DNA of 64,000 nt from Phaeosaccion multiseriatum (Eukaryota; Protista; Ochrophyta, other classes). Of this stretch, positions 49,112 through 60,700 are shown piece by piece (position 1 is the first letter of the stretch; every line of letters starts with the position of its first letter). Both the position numbers and the translations under genes were made by a program. Where the stretch lies: NCBI GenBank assembly GCA_965112735.1, contig OZ218957.1, positions 3,596,001 to 3,660,000 on the forward strand, read 5' to 3'. The notes beneath the pieces were generated by a model. It was not told the DNA's origin. It made no database searches and saw nothing but the letters and a program-made list of their open reading frames with translations.

Positions 49112-49472
49112 TCAGCCCCATGCACGCCTAGCGGTTTTGCTCTAGGCCGCTCACTTTTCACCAGTCCTAGGCGGCCTCTAGCCCGCCTCTAGGCAGCCTC
49201 CCAGTGACCGTGGGCGCGTGCGTTGTGCCGCCCAGCCAGTGGGTAGCAGCACACCTGTAGGCCTGCACACCTCGTAGGGCCAGCGAGGCGGAAAGAGACA
49301 ACACAAACCAATTCTACTCCTCCCTTCTAACTGACTACTCTTTGCACTCTGGGCACTCCCACCGTCCGCCTACAGTAGTTGGCTTCTGCCCTAGGCGGCG
49401 GCATATAAATAGGCCGACGCTAGGCCGGGCAATTTTCCCAATTAGGCCTATAGGAGGCGTGCATGGGGCTGA
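49112..49472. mobile_element. MITE / non-autonomous DNA transposon (hAT-like)
   Basis: Perfect 18-bp TIRs tcagccccatgcacgcct (49112-49129 / 49455-49472). Flanking direct repeat tgacac. Multiple subterminal ctaggc/gcctag motifs. Confidence 0.75.
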
Positions 49473-49649
49473 TGACACACACACACACACACACCCGCTC
49501 CAAATCTAACATTCGAAATAAAGGCTGGGTTGATGACACACCAGCTCCAACTTCAACCTCACGCTTGGGAATTTAACACAACACAACACAACAACACAAC
49601 ACAACACACCTGCGCGCTTGCTTAGTGAAGGGGGGAAAGCCGCCATACG

Positions 49650-49864
49650 TCGTCCTTGCGATGCCGTACATGCGGCGGTGAGTTCATTGAGGGGCCTCCT
49701 TACATTCTTCAGCACAGGCCCGATGAGCAGGGGTGGATGCGTGGCCCATAGCGCCAGGGCAGGGCGTATAACCGCTCACCGCTCTGCTCATCGGGCCTGT
49801 GCTGAAGAATGTAAGGAGGCCCCTCAATGAACTCACCGCCGCATGTACGGCATCGCATGGACGA
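49650..49864. repeat. Inverted repeat: 81-bp arms, 53-bp loop
   Basis: 49650-49730 is the reverse complement of 49784-49864, with one mismatch seen. Confidence 0.92.
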
Positions 49865-49984
49865 ACCAGACACCATTCGTGATCTGCTGCTGTTGCCACC
49901 GTCGTGCTCATGTGTATGAGGGCGCCCTTTCTTTGGAGGACCCCTATGCGTTGAGCGAGGAGGACGCAACAAACATTTTGCGTC

Positions 49985-52439
49985 ATGGTGAGGTCTAGCA
50001 GCAGCAAGGTAAGGAAAGGGTATAGAAGGCGGAGCCACAAACGGCTCTCACAAACGGCTGGAGAGGAAGAAGGGTCTGTAAGCCCTCGGCCAATGACAGA
50101 TGTGTGTAGAAGAGGAGAAGAAGCAGTCGGAAGGTCAACGCACTTTAAATCGGTCCACACTGCCCCTCTCCCAACACGCTGTCCGCTGCTCTGCCTCCCC
50201 CCCTCCCTGCGCAGCCACCAACCGCACACAAGCCAGACGCTCGCCCTCCAGCCAGCCATGGACAGCGCTGCGAGCGGCCCAGCCTCAGCTGGAGAGGCGC
50301 AGCCGGCACAACGCGAGGTGCGCAAGCCCCTTCTGCCGAGGGAGGGTAACGCCTCGTCACAGGTGCAGAAGCAGCAGCAGCCCATACCGACCAAGCCAAC
50401 TACTTCCAGCGGTGCGTGAGCTCGAGCCCTTTGACTGTTCCACTACCGCCCCATTGCCTCACTCCCTCGTGTGCAATGCTTGTCGCGTGCCCCCACTCAA
50501 GATGACCCACTGCCCTCCCTTCTCCCCCTGCCTTCTCTGTCGCACAATACTGTTTTGTTCCCCCGTGAAGTGGACCCGGAGGCCAAGTTGCGGAGGCACC
50601 CACACTCACCCATGCTGTCGTGCGTGGTGCTCGAGGACCTGGATAGCGACACTCCGCGTCGCGTCTGACCACTCCGACTCGATCCGCTTCACCAACGTGG
50701 TTGTGACGGCCGCCACGAGTCTCGAGAGCTCCTCCTCCAAGCCCTTGGCCATGATGCGGTCTTGGGCGTCGAAGAAGAAGCGAAGCAGCCTCCATACGTC
50801 GTTCCACACAGCCACGTTTCGGACTGTATTCCTTCTGAGAAAAATAGCACAGAGAGAGAGGCAAATGGCTGGGGACCGTCCTCTTTCCGCACCTTGGGCA
50901 CGACCAAATACTGTGGTGAGTTTCTCCGCAAGAAGCGCTGCCACAACGGTATGTGCTCGTACTTGCATCATCTTGCATCATGATGCAAGTACGAGCACAT
51001 ACCGTTGTGGCAGCGCTTCTTTCGGAGGAAGTCACGACATTGGTCGTGCCCAAGGTGCGGAAAGAGGACGGTCCCCAGCCATTTGCCTCTCTCTCTGTGC
51101 TATTTTTCTCAGAAGGAATACAGTCCGAAACGTGGCTGTGTGGAACGACGCATGGAGGCTACTTCGCTCCTTCTTTGACGCCCAAGACCGCATCAAGGCC
51201 AAGGGCTTGGAGGAGGAGCTCTCGAGACTCGTGGCGGCCGTCACAATCACGCTGGTGAAGCGCATCGAGTCCGAGTGGTCAGAGGCGACGCGGAGTGTCG
51301 CTTTACAGCTCCTCGAGCACCACGCACGGCAGCATGGGTGAGTGTGGGTGGACGGATGGTTGTAGTGTATGGGTGGGTGGAGGGGTGGGTGGAGGGGTGG
51401 GTGGATGGCAGTGGATGGATGGATAGATGGTTGGTTGCGTGGGTGTGTGTCTGGATGGATGGCAGCAGATGGATGGCAGTCAGTGGACGGTAGTGGGTGG
51501 ACGGATGATGGCAGTGGATGGATGGGTGGGTAGAGATGGATGGGTGGGTGGAGGGGTGCGTGGATGGCAGTTAATGGACTGATAGATAAGTGCGTGGGAA
51601 GGTGTGGGTGGGGTGGGGTGGGTGTGTGTCGGTGCGTGGATGGATGGCAGTGAATGTGTGGTAATGAATGACAGTCGATGGATGGGTTGTGGGTGGGGCT
51701 TTTGCGTCCTCTTCATGTTCGCTCTCGTCCCCGTGTCTTCAATTGCAGTGAGTGGTGCGACGGCAGCGCCATGGTGAAGTGGAGCCTGGGCGAAGACGGC
51801 ACCACCCTCCTCTTTGCAAGAGGCACACGCTCCGGCTCGCTCCCGTCGTACGAGGAGAAGTCGTGGAGGAACACGCAGCGCTTGTTCGTGGAGACCGTCG
51901 GCGAAGAGACTCCTTCAGTGCCCGTGTGTCTCAGATATGCGCTGACATCCGAGCCCTCCATAGTCACGGTCGAGCCCCAGAAGGCCTACCAGGAGCTCTT
52001 GTCCTGGTCTGAAGTCGACGACTGCTACGTGGCCCGCTACAAACGGCCAAGCAAGGTGGGTGGGGGGTCTTATCGGTAGGTGTGTGCGTGTGTGGGTTAA
52101 CGGAGGGGTGGGGGGGTTTGGGTGCACACCTACCGATAAGGGGCGAGGTCGTCGGCAGCACCACGCACATGACCCATCCCATTCGCTTTCTGCCTTCTGT
52201 CGGCTCACGGACCAGGTTCATTGCCTCTGCCCCCCCCCCTCTCTTCCATCCACTGCCTTCCCCCTCCCCAACTCCCCCACCACGTGCCCCCTCTCGCCCA
52301 CCCGCATCCACTGATGCCTGACCCTCCGCTTCCCTCCCTCAAGGATGCTTCCAAGCCCCCTGCCTTGCAGTGCTTCGCCTTCAAGTGCCCCGAGAAGGTG
52401 GTGATGAGCTGCAAGGCCATGGCAGGGCTCCTGCACCAG
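49985..52439 (+). pseudogene. Disrupted multi-exon gene of unknown function, interrupted by a fold-back duplication
   Basis: Exon-like segments bounded by GT/AG at ~49985-50008, 50215-50411, 50571-, 50981-51337, 51749-52055 and 52344-52439. Frameshift in the right arm. Confidence 0.5.
50597..51350. repeat. Palindrome, ~370-380-bp diverged arms, essentially no loop
   Basis: Centre cttgcatca|tgatgcaag at 50980/50981. The arms encode near-identical peptides on opposite strands. Confidence 0.92.
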
Positions 52440-53181
52440 GTGAGTTTCAGTTTCAGTTTATTATTTCATGTCTGCAAGAGATGGAGTGCTTGTGTGGTTT
52501 GGTAGTGGGCAGTGGCTTGTCGTTTGATGTAACTCATGGGTAGGTATTCGTATGTGTATTGATGCCCCGAATTGTGTTGATTGATTGCCTCTCTGTACTC
52601 CACTGAAATTGGACACTGAACACTAAACCCTGACAATCAAACTGGTGCAGGTGAGCGCGTGCGGCAGCATTCGCGCGCTCAGCAGCAGCAGCGGCAGCAG
52701 CATTCACATGCTCGGTGCCATCAGGTAAGTTGGTGGGGATGGCAGTGGACGGCGGCGAGTAGGGTGGGAGCGGGGGGGGGGGCGCTACATGTGTGTGTGG
52801 CTGTGTGCGTGTGTGTGAGTGTGTGTTTTGTTTATGTATGTATGTGTGTGTGTGAGTGAGGGAGAGCGCTACACCACCTGCCCCTCCCTCCCTCCCTCCA
52901 AAACCAACTCACAAACAGGTCGCACGTCCCGACACGCATCCTGAGCTTTCGTGCCACCTCGGAGGTGCTGCTCAGCCTGGGCCCCGACTTGGGCTCCCGC
53001 GGACGCTTCACCACCATGAGCCAGCAGCTCTTCGAGATGAGTGCCCTGGAGGCCTCCCAGAGAGAGGCGGAGGCCTCCGGGAGGGAGCTGCAGCGCCTGC
53101 CGACACAGCTCGAGCGCGCGGTACGTGAAGCGAGAGACCGGCAAGGGATGGGCGGGAGACGGAAGAGGGAAGATAGGGGGT

Positions 53182-53545
53182 GAGCGATAAAGGTATCAAG
53201 CAGTACCCTACTGCCCCTTACTCTTACCTCGTCCTTGCAGGACCGCTGCATCTGCTCGTGGGGGGCGTCGTCGAGGCGCTGTTTCTTCTCCTGCGCGGCC
53301 TGGGGATTACACTCGAGCGCCACCACCCTCCTTCAGCTTCCCCATATCATTCATCTGTGCCATCTGTGAAGGGCCCTTCACAGATGGCACAGATGAATGA
53401 TGTGGAAGCTTAAGGAGAGGTGGTGGCGCTGAGTGTGGGGAAGAACCAGCGCCTCGACGACGCCCCCCACGAGCAGATGCAGAAGTCTGCAAGGACGAGG
53501 TAAGAGTAAGGGGCAGTTGGGTACGGCTGGATACCTTTATCGCTC
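53182..53545. repeat. Palindrome, ~170-190-bp arms centred on gaaggg|cccttc
   Basis: 53182-53373 is an inverted copy of 53374-53545. Absent from duplication copy 1. Confidence 0.9.
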
Positions 53546-53926
53546 TCCATTCTCTCTGTGTCTGTGCCAGAGTGTGAGGAGCGAAGGTTCAGGGGAGAGA
53601 GAGAGGAAGAGAGGCAGAGGTTTCAGGGGTCCGCGCGAAGCTGCGCTGCTCTGGAGGGGAGGCCACAACCGTCTGGTGGAGGAGAGGCTTGGGACACAGG
53701 CCCTCGCTCGAAGCTCATAAGCAACTCCTCCCCTCCTCCTTCCTCCCTCCCTCCCTCCCTCCAACGCAGGAGAGCGGTGCTCGGGAAGAGGGCACGAGGG
53801 CGCCGGTGGACGTCCGCATGGCAACCGGAGGCACGAGCAGCGCTGTTGTGAGGTAGGTACGGCTCGTGGGTGCGGCCGCATGTGGGTGTGCGCGTGGGTG
53901 CGCGTGTAGGTGCGCCTTGGTGGTTC

Positions 53927-54490
53927 TCTCCTCCTCCTCCTCCTCCTCCTCCTCCTCCTCCTCCTCCTCCTCCTCCTCCTCCTCCTCCTCCTCCTCCTCC
54001 TCCTCCTCCTCCTCCTCCTCCTCCTCCTCCTCCTCCTCCTCCTCCTCCTCCTCCTCCTCCTCCTCCTCCTCCTCCTCCTCCTCCTCCTCCTCCTCCTCCT
54101 CCTCCTCCTCCTCCTCCTCCTCCTCCTCCTCCTCCTCCTCCTCCTCCTCCTCCTCCTCCTCCTCCTCCTCCTCCTCCTCCTCCTCCTCCTCCTCCTCCTC
54201 CTCCTCCTCCTCCTCCTCCTCCTCCTCCTCCTCCTCCTCCTCCTCCTCCTCCTCCTCCTCCTCCTCCTCCTCCTCCTCCTCCTCCTCCTCCTCCTCCTCC
54301 TCCTCCTCCTCCTCCTCCTCCTCCTCCTCCTCCTCCTCCTCCTCCTCCTCCTCCTCCTCCTCCTCCTCCTCCTCCTCCTCCTCCTCCTCCTCCTCCTCCT
54401 CCTCCTCCTCCTCCTCCTCCTCCTCCTCCTCCTCCTCCTCCTCCTCCTCCTCCTCCTCCTCCTCCTCCTCCTCCTCCTCCTCCTCCTCCT
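53927..54490. repeat. Pure (CCT)n tract, ~188 units
   Basis: Direct inspection. Confidence 0.97.
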
Positions 54491-55814
54491 TACCCCCTTT
54501 CTTTTTGTGATATCGCGATGGACTTCCTAAAGAGCTGTCGCCCTTTGCTTCGTCTGGCTCATCGCACCGCTTGCTTGTCCCCTCGTGCCTCTGTCTCTCC
54601 TTCACTTCACTTCATCGCTGCTCTCAAAGCCCCGGCCGAGGTCGAGACACACGTCCCGAGGAAGGCTCCTCCCCGTCCAGGGCCGTCGCCAGCCTTCCAT
54701 GGGACGCTCCCTCTCTCCAAACCCCCGCTCACCACCACGTGCCTTGGCTCCCCGCCCAAAATGAATCAAGCGCCGCGTCCTCCTCCTGAGCCGGCAGGCA
54801 AGGCAGAGAAGGGAAAAGGAAACAGAAGTCTCAGACGCGCTGCGGGAGGAGAAGCTCAAGTGCGTGGAGGCGAAGAACAAAATGTTGGAGCAGGAGGTGC
54901 AGCAGCTCAAGATGTTCGAGCAGGAGGTGCAGCAGCTCAGAGTGAGTTGATGTCCCTCCTCACTCATCGTTGATGATATGCATCGCACCCCCCTTAATGT
55001 ATTCTCTTGACCCCCCCTCTCGCTCACTCACTCACCCACTCACTCCAATCCCTCCGCCGCACCATTCGAGGCGCTCGTTCTGCCTTTTCCCTCCAAGCCC
55101 ATCCCAAGCCTGGCTGCCTCATTTCCCCTTTACCCTAAGTGTCGGCCCATCCTCACTCCCATGCACCACCTTCTTCCCTTCCTCACTCCCTCCCTTGCGG
55201 GGCTGACATGCGCCCCCTCTCTGCTGCTGCACCTGCAGGAAGCCGATGAGCGCTCTCGACTGGACCTTCAATTGGAGCTTGAGCGCAGCCGAGAGGAAGC
55301 AGAGGCGGCAAAGCGGAGGGTGGTCGAGCTGGAGCATTGGAGGGAGATGGAGGAGCTGGAGAGCACCTTAGAGGAGGTGGTGAGCAGCGCTGGAGGCAGT
55401 GACGGAGACGACGACGACCACGACGACGAGGAGGAGCAGGAGGAGGAGAACCACCATCAGCAGCAGCAGCAGCAGGAGGAGGAGAAGAAGGAGGAGGAAG
55501 AGGAGGAGGAGGAGGAAGTGGAAAAGAAGGAGGAGCAAGAGAAGAAGAAAGAGAAGGAGGAGGAGGAGGAGGAGGAGGAGGAGGAGGAGGAGGTGGTGGT
55601 GGGACATGACGTTGGGGCCTCTGCTTCTTCCCAAGGGGGTCGAAGCTTACACCACCGCGCCCGCCTCACTGAGCCGGAGTTCGTGGAAGCTGCAGGGGGC
55701 GCTGCACAGGTTGGTCACAGACCAGGGTAATCCAGTCTCACTCCTTCATTTCTTCATTCGTTCGTTCATCCGTTCCTTGCTTGTTTGGGCATATGATGTC
55801 CTGTTCTGACCCAC

Positions 55815-56160
55815 CCCTCCCTCCCTCCCTCCCTCCCTCCCTCCCTCCCTCCCTCCCTCCCTCCCTCCCTCCCTCCCTCCCTCCCTCTCTCCCTCCCTCC
55901 CTCCCTCCCTCCCTCCCTCCCTCCCTCCCTCCCTCCCTCCCTCCCTCCCTCCCTCCCTCCCTCCCTCCCTCCCTCCCTCCCTCCCTCCCTCCCTCCCTCC
56001 CTCCCTCCCTCCCTCCCTCCCTCCCTCCCTCCCTCCCTCCCTCCCTCCCTCCCTCCCTCCCTCCCTCCCTCCCTCCCTCCCTCCCTCCCTCCCTCCCTCC
56101 CTCCCTCCCTCCCTCCCTCTCTCCCTCCCTCCCTCCCTCCCTCCCTCCCTCCCTCCCTCC
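55815..56160. repeat. (CCCT)n microsatellite
   Basis: Direct inspection. Confidence 0.97.
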
Positions 56161-57042
56161 AGCCACCTTGCGCCGCTGTCCTAATCGTGTAGCTCTCTCG
56201 CCCCCTCCTCCTGTCAGTCCACCTTATCTAAACAAGTCAGCCTCTTAGAGGAGGCCATGAGAGACCGCTAGGCTCTTCACAAAGTCCCTGACCTCCTCAT
56301 CGGTCTGCGCTCCCTTTGTGATTTGAACCTCCTCGGCCGATACCCGGTACATCCGGTACTTGAATCCCCCTGTGGGCCACTTAGCTTCCGATCGGGGGTT
56401 GGCCGTGAGTGTCGTGCCGATAAGGTCCTCGGAGTGTCGGAAATAGATCCGGCTGCGCGGCCCATGTACGGGAAGCCAAATCATGTCCTTCTCCTTCGGG
56501 AAACCCTCCGTACCAACCACCCCCCCAAAGAAGCGATGGGTATCGTCGATCTGCAGCTTGCCGTGGATCCCCGCCCACAGGCCACCAGGGACACTCGTAG
56601 CGAAGATGCTGTATCCTGGACAAACTTTGGGAAGTGGGAGCTGCAGATCGACGATACCCATCGCTTCTTTGGGGGGGTGGTTGGTACGGAGGGTTTCCCG
56701 AAGGAGAAGGACATGATTTGGCTTCCCGTACATGGGCCGCGCAGCCGGATCTATTTCCGATACTCCAAGGACCTTATCGGCACGACACTCACGGCCAACC
56801 CCCGATCGGAAGCTAAGTGGCCCACAGGGGGATTCAAGTACCGGATGTACCGGGTATCGGCCGAGGAGGTTCAAATCACAAAGGGAGCGCAGACCGATGA
56901 GGAGGTCAGGGACTTTGTGAAGAGCCTAGCGGTCTCTCATGGCCTCCTCTAAGAGGCTGACTTGTTTAGATAAGGTGGACTGACAGGAGGAGGGGGCGAG
57001 AGAGCTGCACGATTTACGACAGCGGCGCAAGGTGGCTGGAGG
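56156..57042. repeat. Inverted repeat, ~403-bp arms, 80-bp loop, duplicating the 3' end of an unknown gene
   Basis: 56156-56558 vs 56639-57042, with few mismatches. Mirror ORFs end ...VKSLAVSHGLL*. Confidence 0.95.
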
Positions 57043-57705
57043 CGGCTCGAGGGGAGTATGGGGCAGGAGGGGGGGAGGAGGCAGTGGTAGTGTGGGACGA
57101 CAGCGGAAGGAGAGGAACGGACACAGAAAGAGGCGGAGGGGGAGATGGGCCTCACAGAAGTTCATCTCCTTATGCATTGTCCTTACGCAGTGTTGTGTTG
57201 TGATGGTTGATAGTAGGGACTTTTCTAGGGACTGGATTTTGCTTTGTATATTGGAGGGCGTGACGTGACATAGATAGATGGGTATAGGGGTCTCTGGTCA
57301 AGAGTGGATGGACGGTGGCAGTGCGCTAGCTATCCTGACTCTACACTTACACTTGAACGGTGGGTGGGGGGTGGGTAGCGAAGGGGCATGGGAAACCACT
57401 CTCTTCCCTCCGGTTCATGATATGATACTGAATAATGCAAGTCTTAAGAGCAGAATGAAAGTATAAACGTTCTTGTGCAAGTCTCGTGTATACGTCTGAC
57501 ACCGTCTTCCAGCCATCTCATACCAGGCCCCGCTCCATCAAGTAGGAGGTAGGGTGAAAGGGGGAGAGAAGCCCCTGCTGTCGTCGTCGTGCCCCCAAAC
57601 ACCTTCCTATTCTGCACTGCTCATCGCAACACTCGTGCTCCCTCCCGTCCACAAAGAGCACCCTAGCAGAGCTCTATACCTCCCTCCCTCCCTCCCTCCC
57701 TGCGT

Positions 57706-60700
57706 GGCCCATCTGGCCTGATATCGACACGGGAGGGTTGAACTGTGCTGTCTCTGGGCCGATGGGGATAAAATGGTCCCGCCATGGTCGCAATGAGTGT
57801 GCTGAGCGTCTCTGGTGTGCCCGGTACGGTGTTCTGTGTGGTTGGACAGGCCCATCTGTGGGCCCCGGGGGGTCATCTGGCGCCTGATTTCGACACGGGA
57901 GGGTTGAACAATGGCTTCCATGGGCCGGTGGGGTTGAAATGGTCCCACCATGGTCGCAATGAGTCTGTGCGGGGTCTATGGCGCGCTCGGCGGGGTTGAA
58001 CATGGGCCTCTGTGGGGTTGAACAGGCCCATCTGTGGCCCCCGGTGGGCAATCTGGGCCTGATCTCGGCACGGGAGGGTTGAACAATCGCTTCCATAGGC
58101 CGGTGGGGTTGAAATGGTCCCACCATGGTCGCAATGAGTCTGCGCGGCGTCTATGGGGTGCTCGGCGGGGTTGAACATGGGCCTCTGTGGGGTTGAACAG
58201 GCCCATCTGTGGGCTACCCCGGTGGGCAATCTGGGCCTGATTTCGGTACGGGAGGGTTGAACAATCGCTTCCATGGGCCGGTGGGGTCGAAATGGTCCCA
58301 CCATGGTCGCAATGAGTCTGCTTTTCATCTATGGTGTGCTCGGCGGGGTTGAACATGGGCCTCTGTGGGGTTGAACAGGCCCATCTGTGGCCCCCGGTGG
58401 GCAATCTGGGCCTGATTTCGGCACGGGAGGGTTGAACAATGCCTTCTGTGGGCCGGAGGGGTTGAAACGTTCCCAGCATGATTGGAATGGGTCTGCGATG
58501 CGTCTATGGTGCGCTCGGCGGGGTTGAACATGGGCCTCTGTGGGGTTGAACAGGCCCATCTGTGGCCCCCGGTGGGCAATCTGGGCCTGATTTCGGCACG
58601 GGAGGGTTGAACAATGCCTTCTGTGGGCCGGAGGGGTTGAAACGTTCCCACCATGATTGGAATGGGGCTGCGATGCGTCTATGGTGCGCTCGGCGGGGTT
58701 GAACATGGGCCTCTGTGGGGTTGAACAGGCCCATCTGCTGCCCCCCGTGGGCAATCTGGGCCTGATTTCGACACGGGAGGGTTAAACAATCGCTTCCATG
58801 GACCGGTGGGGTTGAAGTGGTCCACCATGGTCGAAATGAGTCTGCGATGCGTCTATGGCGTGCTCGGCGGGGTTGAACATGGGCCTCTGTGGGGTTGAAC
58901 AGGCCCATCTGTGGACGCCGGTGGGCAATCTGGGCCTGATTTCGGCACGGGAGGGTTGAACAATCGCTTCCATGGGCCGGTGGGGTTGAAATGGTCCCAC
59001 CATGGTCGCAATGGGTCTGCGCGTCGTCTACGGTGTGCTCGGCGGGGTTGAACATGGGCCTCTGTGGGGTTGAACAGGCCCATCTGTGGCCCCCGGTGGG
59101 CAATCTGGGCCTGATTTCGACACGGCAGGGTTGAACAATGCCTTGTGTGGGCCGGTGGGGTTAAAATGGTCCCACTATGGTCGCAATGAGTCTGCGCGGC
59201 GTCTATGGTGCGCTCGGCGGGGTTGAACATGGGCCTCTGTGGGGTTGAACAGGCCCATCTGTGGAGCCGCCCCCGGTGGGCAATCTGGGCCTGATTTCGG
59301 CACGGCAGGGTTGAACAATGCCTTGTGTGGGCCGGTGGGGTTGAAATGGTCCCACCATGGTCGCAATGAGTCAGCGCAGCGTCTATGGTGCGCTCGGCGG
59401 GGTTGAACATGGGCCTCTGTGGGGTTGAACAGGCCCATCTGGGGAGCCGCGCCCGGTGGGCAATCTGGGCCTGATTTCGGCACGGGAGGGTTGAACAATG
59501 CCTTCCATGGGCCGGTGGGGTTGAAGTGGTCCCACCATGGTCGCCATGAGTCTGCGATACGTCTATGGTGCGCTCGGCGGGGTTGAACATGGGCCTCTGT
59601 GGGGTTGAACAGGCCCATCTGTGGCCCCCGGTGGGCAATCTGGGCCTGGTTTCGGCACGGGAGGGTTGAACAATGCCTTGTGTGGGCCGGTGGGGTTGAA
59701 GTGGTCCCACCATGGTCGCAATGAGTCTGCGATACGTCTATGGTGTGATCGGCGGGGTTGAACATGGGCCTCTGTGGGGTTGAACAGGCCCATCTGTGGC
59801 CACCGGTGGGCAATCTGGGCCTGATTTCGGCACGGGAGGGTTGAACAATGCCTTCCATGGGCCGGTGGGGTTGAAGTGGTCCCACCATGGTCGCAATGAG
59901 TCTGCGATACGTCTATGGTGCGCTCGGCGGGGTTGAACATGGGCCTCTGTGGGGTTGAACAGGCCCATCTGTGGCCCCCGGTGGGCAATCTGGGCCTGGT
60001 TTCGGCACGGGAGGGTTGAACAATGCCTTGTGTGGGCCGGTGGGGTTGAAGCGGTCCCACCATGGTCGCAATGAGTCTGCGATACGTCTATGGTGTGCTC
60101 GGCGGGGTTGAACATGGGCCTCTGTGGGGTTGAACAGGCCCATCTGTGGCCACCGGTGGGCAATCTGGGCCTGATTTCGGCACGGGAGGGTTGAACAATC
60201 GCTTCCATGGCCGGTGGGGTTGAAGTGGTCCCACCATGGTCGCAATGAGTCTGCGATACGTCTATGGTGTGCTCGGCGGCGTTGAACATGGGCCTCTGTG
60301 GGGTTGAACAGGCCCATCTGTGGCCCCCGGTGGGCAATCTGGGCCTGATTTCGGCACGGCAGGGTTGAACAATGCCTTCCATGGGCCGATGGGGTTGAAG
60401 CGGTCCCACCATGGTCGCAATGAGTCTGCGCGGCGTCTATGGTGCGCTCGGCGGGGTTGAACATGGGCCTCTGTGGGGTTGAACAGGCCCATCTGTGGAC
60501 CCCGGTGGGCAACCTGGGCCTGATTTCGGCACGGGAGGGTTGAACAATCGCTTCCATGGGCCGGTGGGGTTGAAGCGGTCCCACCATGGTCGCAATGAGT
60601 CTACGCGGGGTCTATGGCGCGCTCTGCGGGGTTGAACATGGGCCTCTGTGGGGTTGAACAGGCCCATCTGTGGACCCCGGTGGGCAATCTGGGCCTGATT

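Larger units (their letters stand above)
52612..55726 (+). pseudogene. Segmental duplication copy 2: decayed coiled-coil gene continuing past a ~560-bp (CCT)n tract
   Basis: Matches 45031-46320. Downstream exons encode ...EADERSRLDLQLELERSREEAEAAKRR.... Confidence 0.6.

Noticed and set aside
49650-57042. Palindromes as whole-genome-amplification chimeras
   Set aside because: The arms differ by substitutions and indels, heavily so at 50597 and 53182, which fresh chimeras would not. Not formally excluded without reads.
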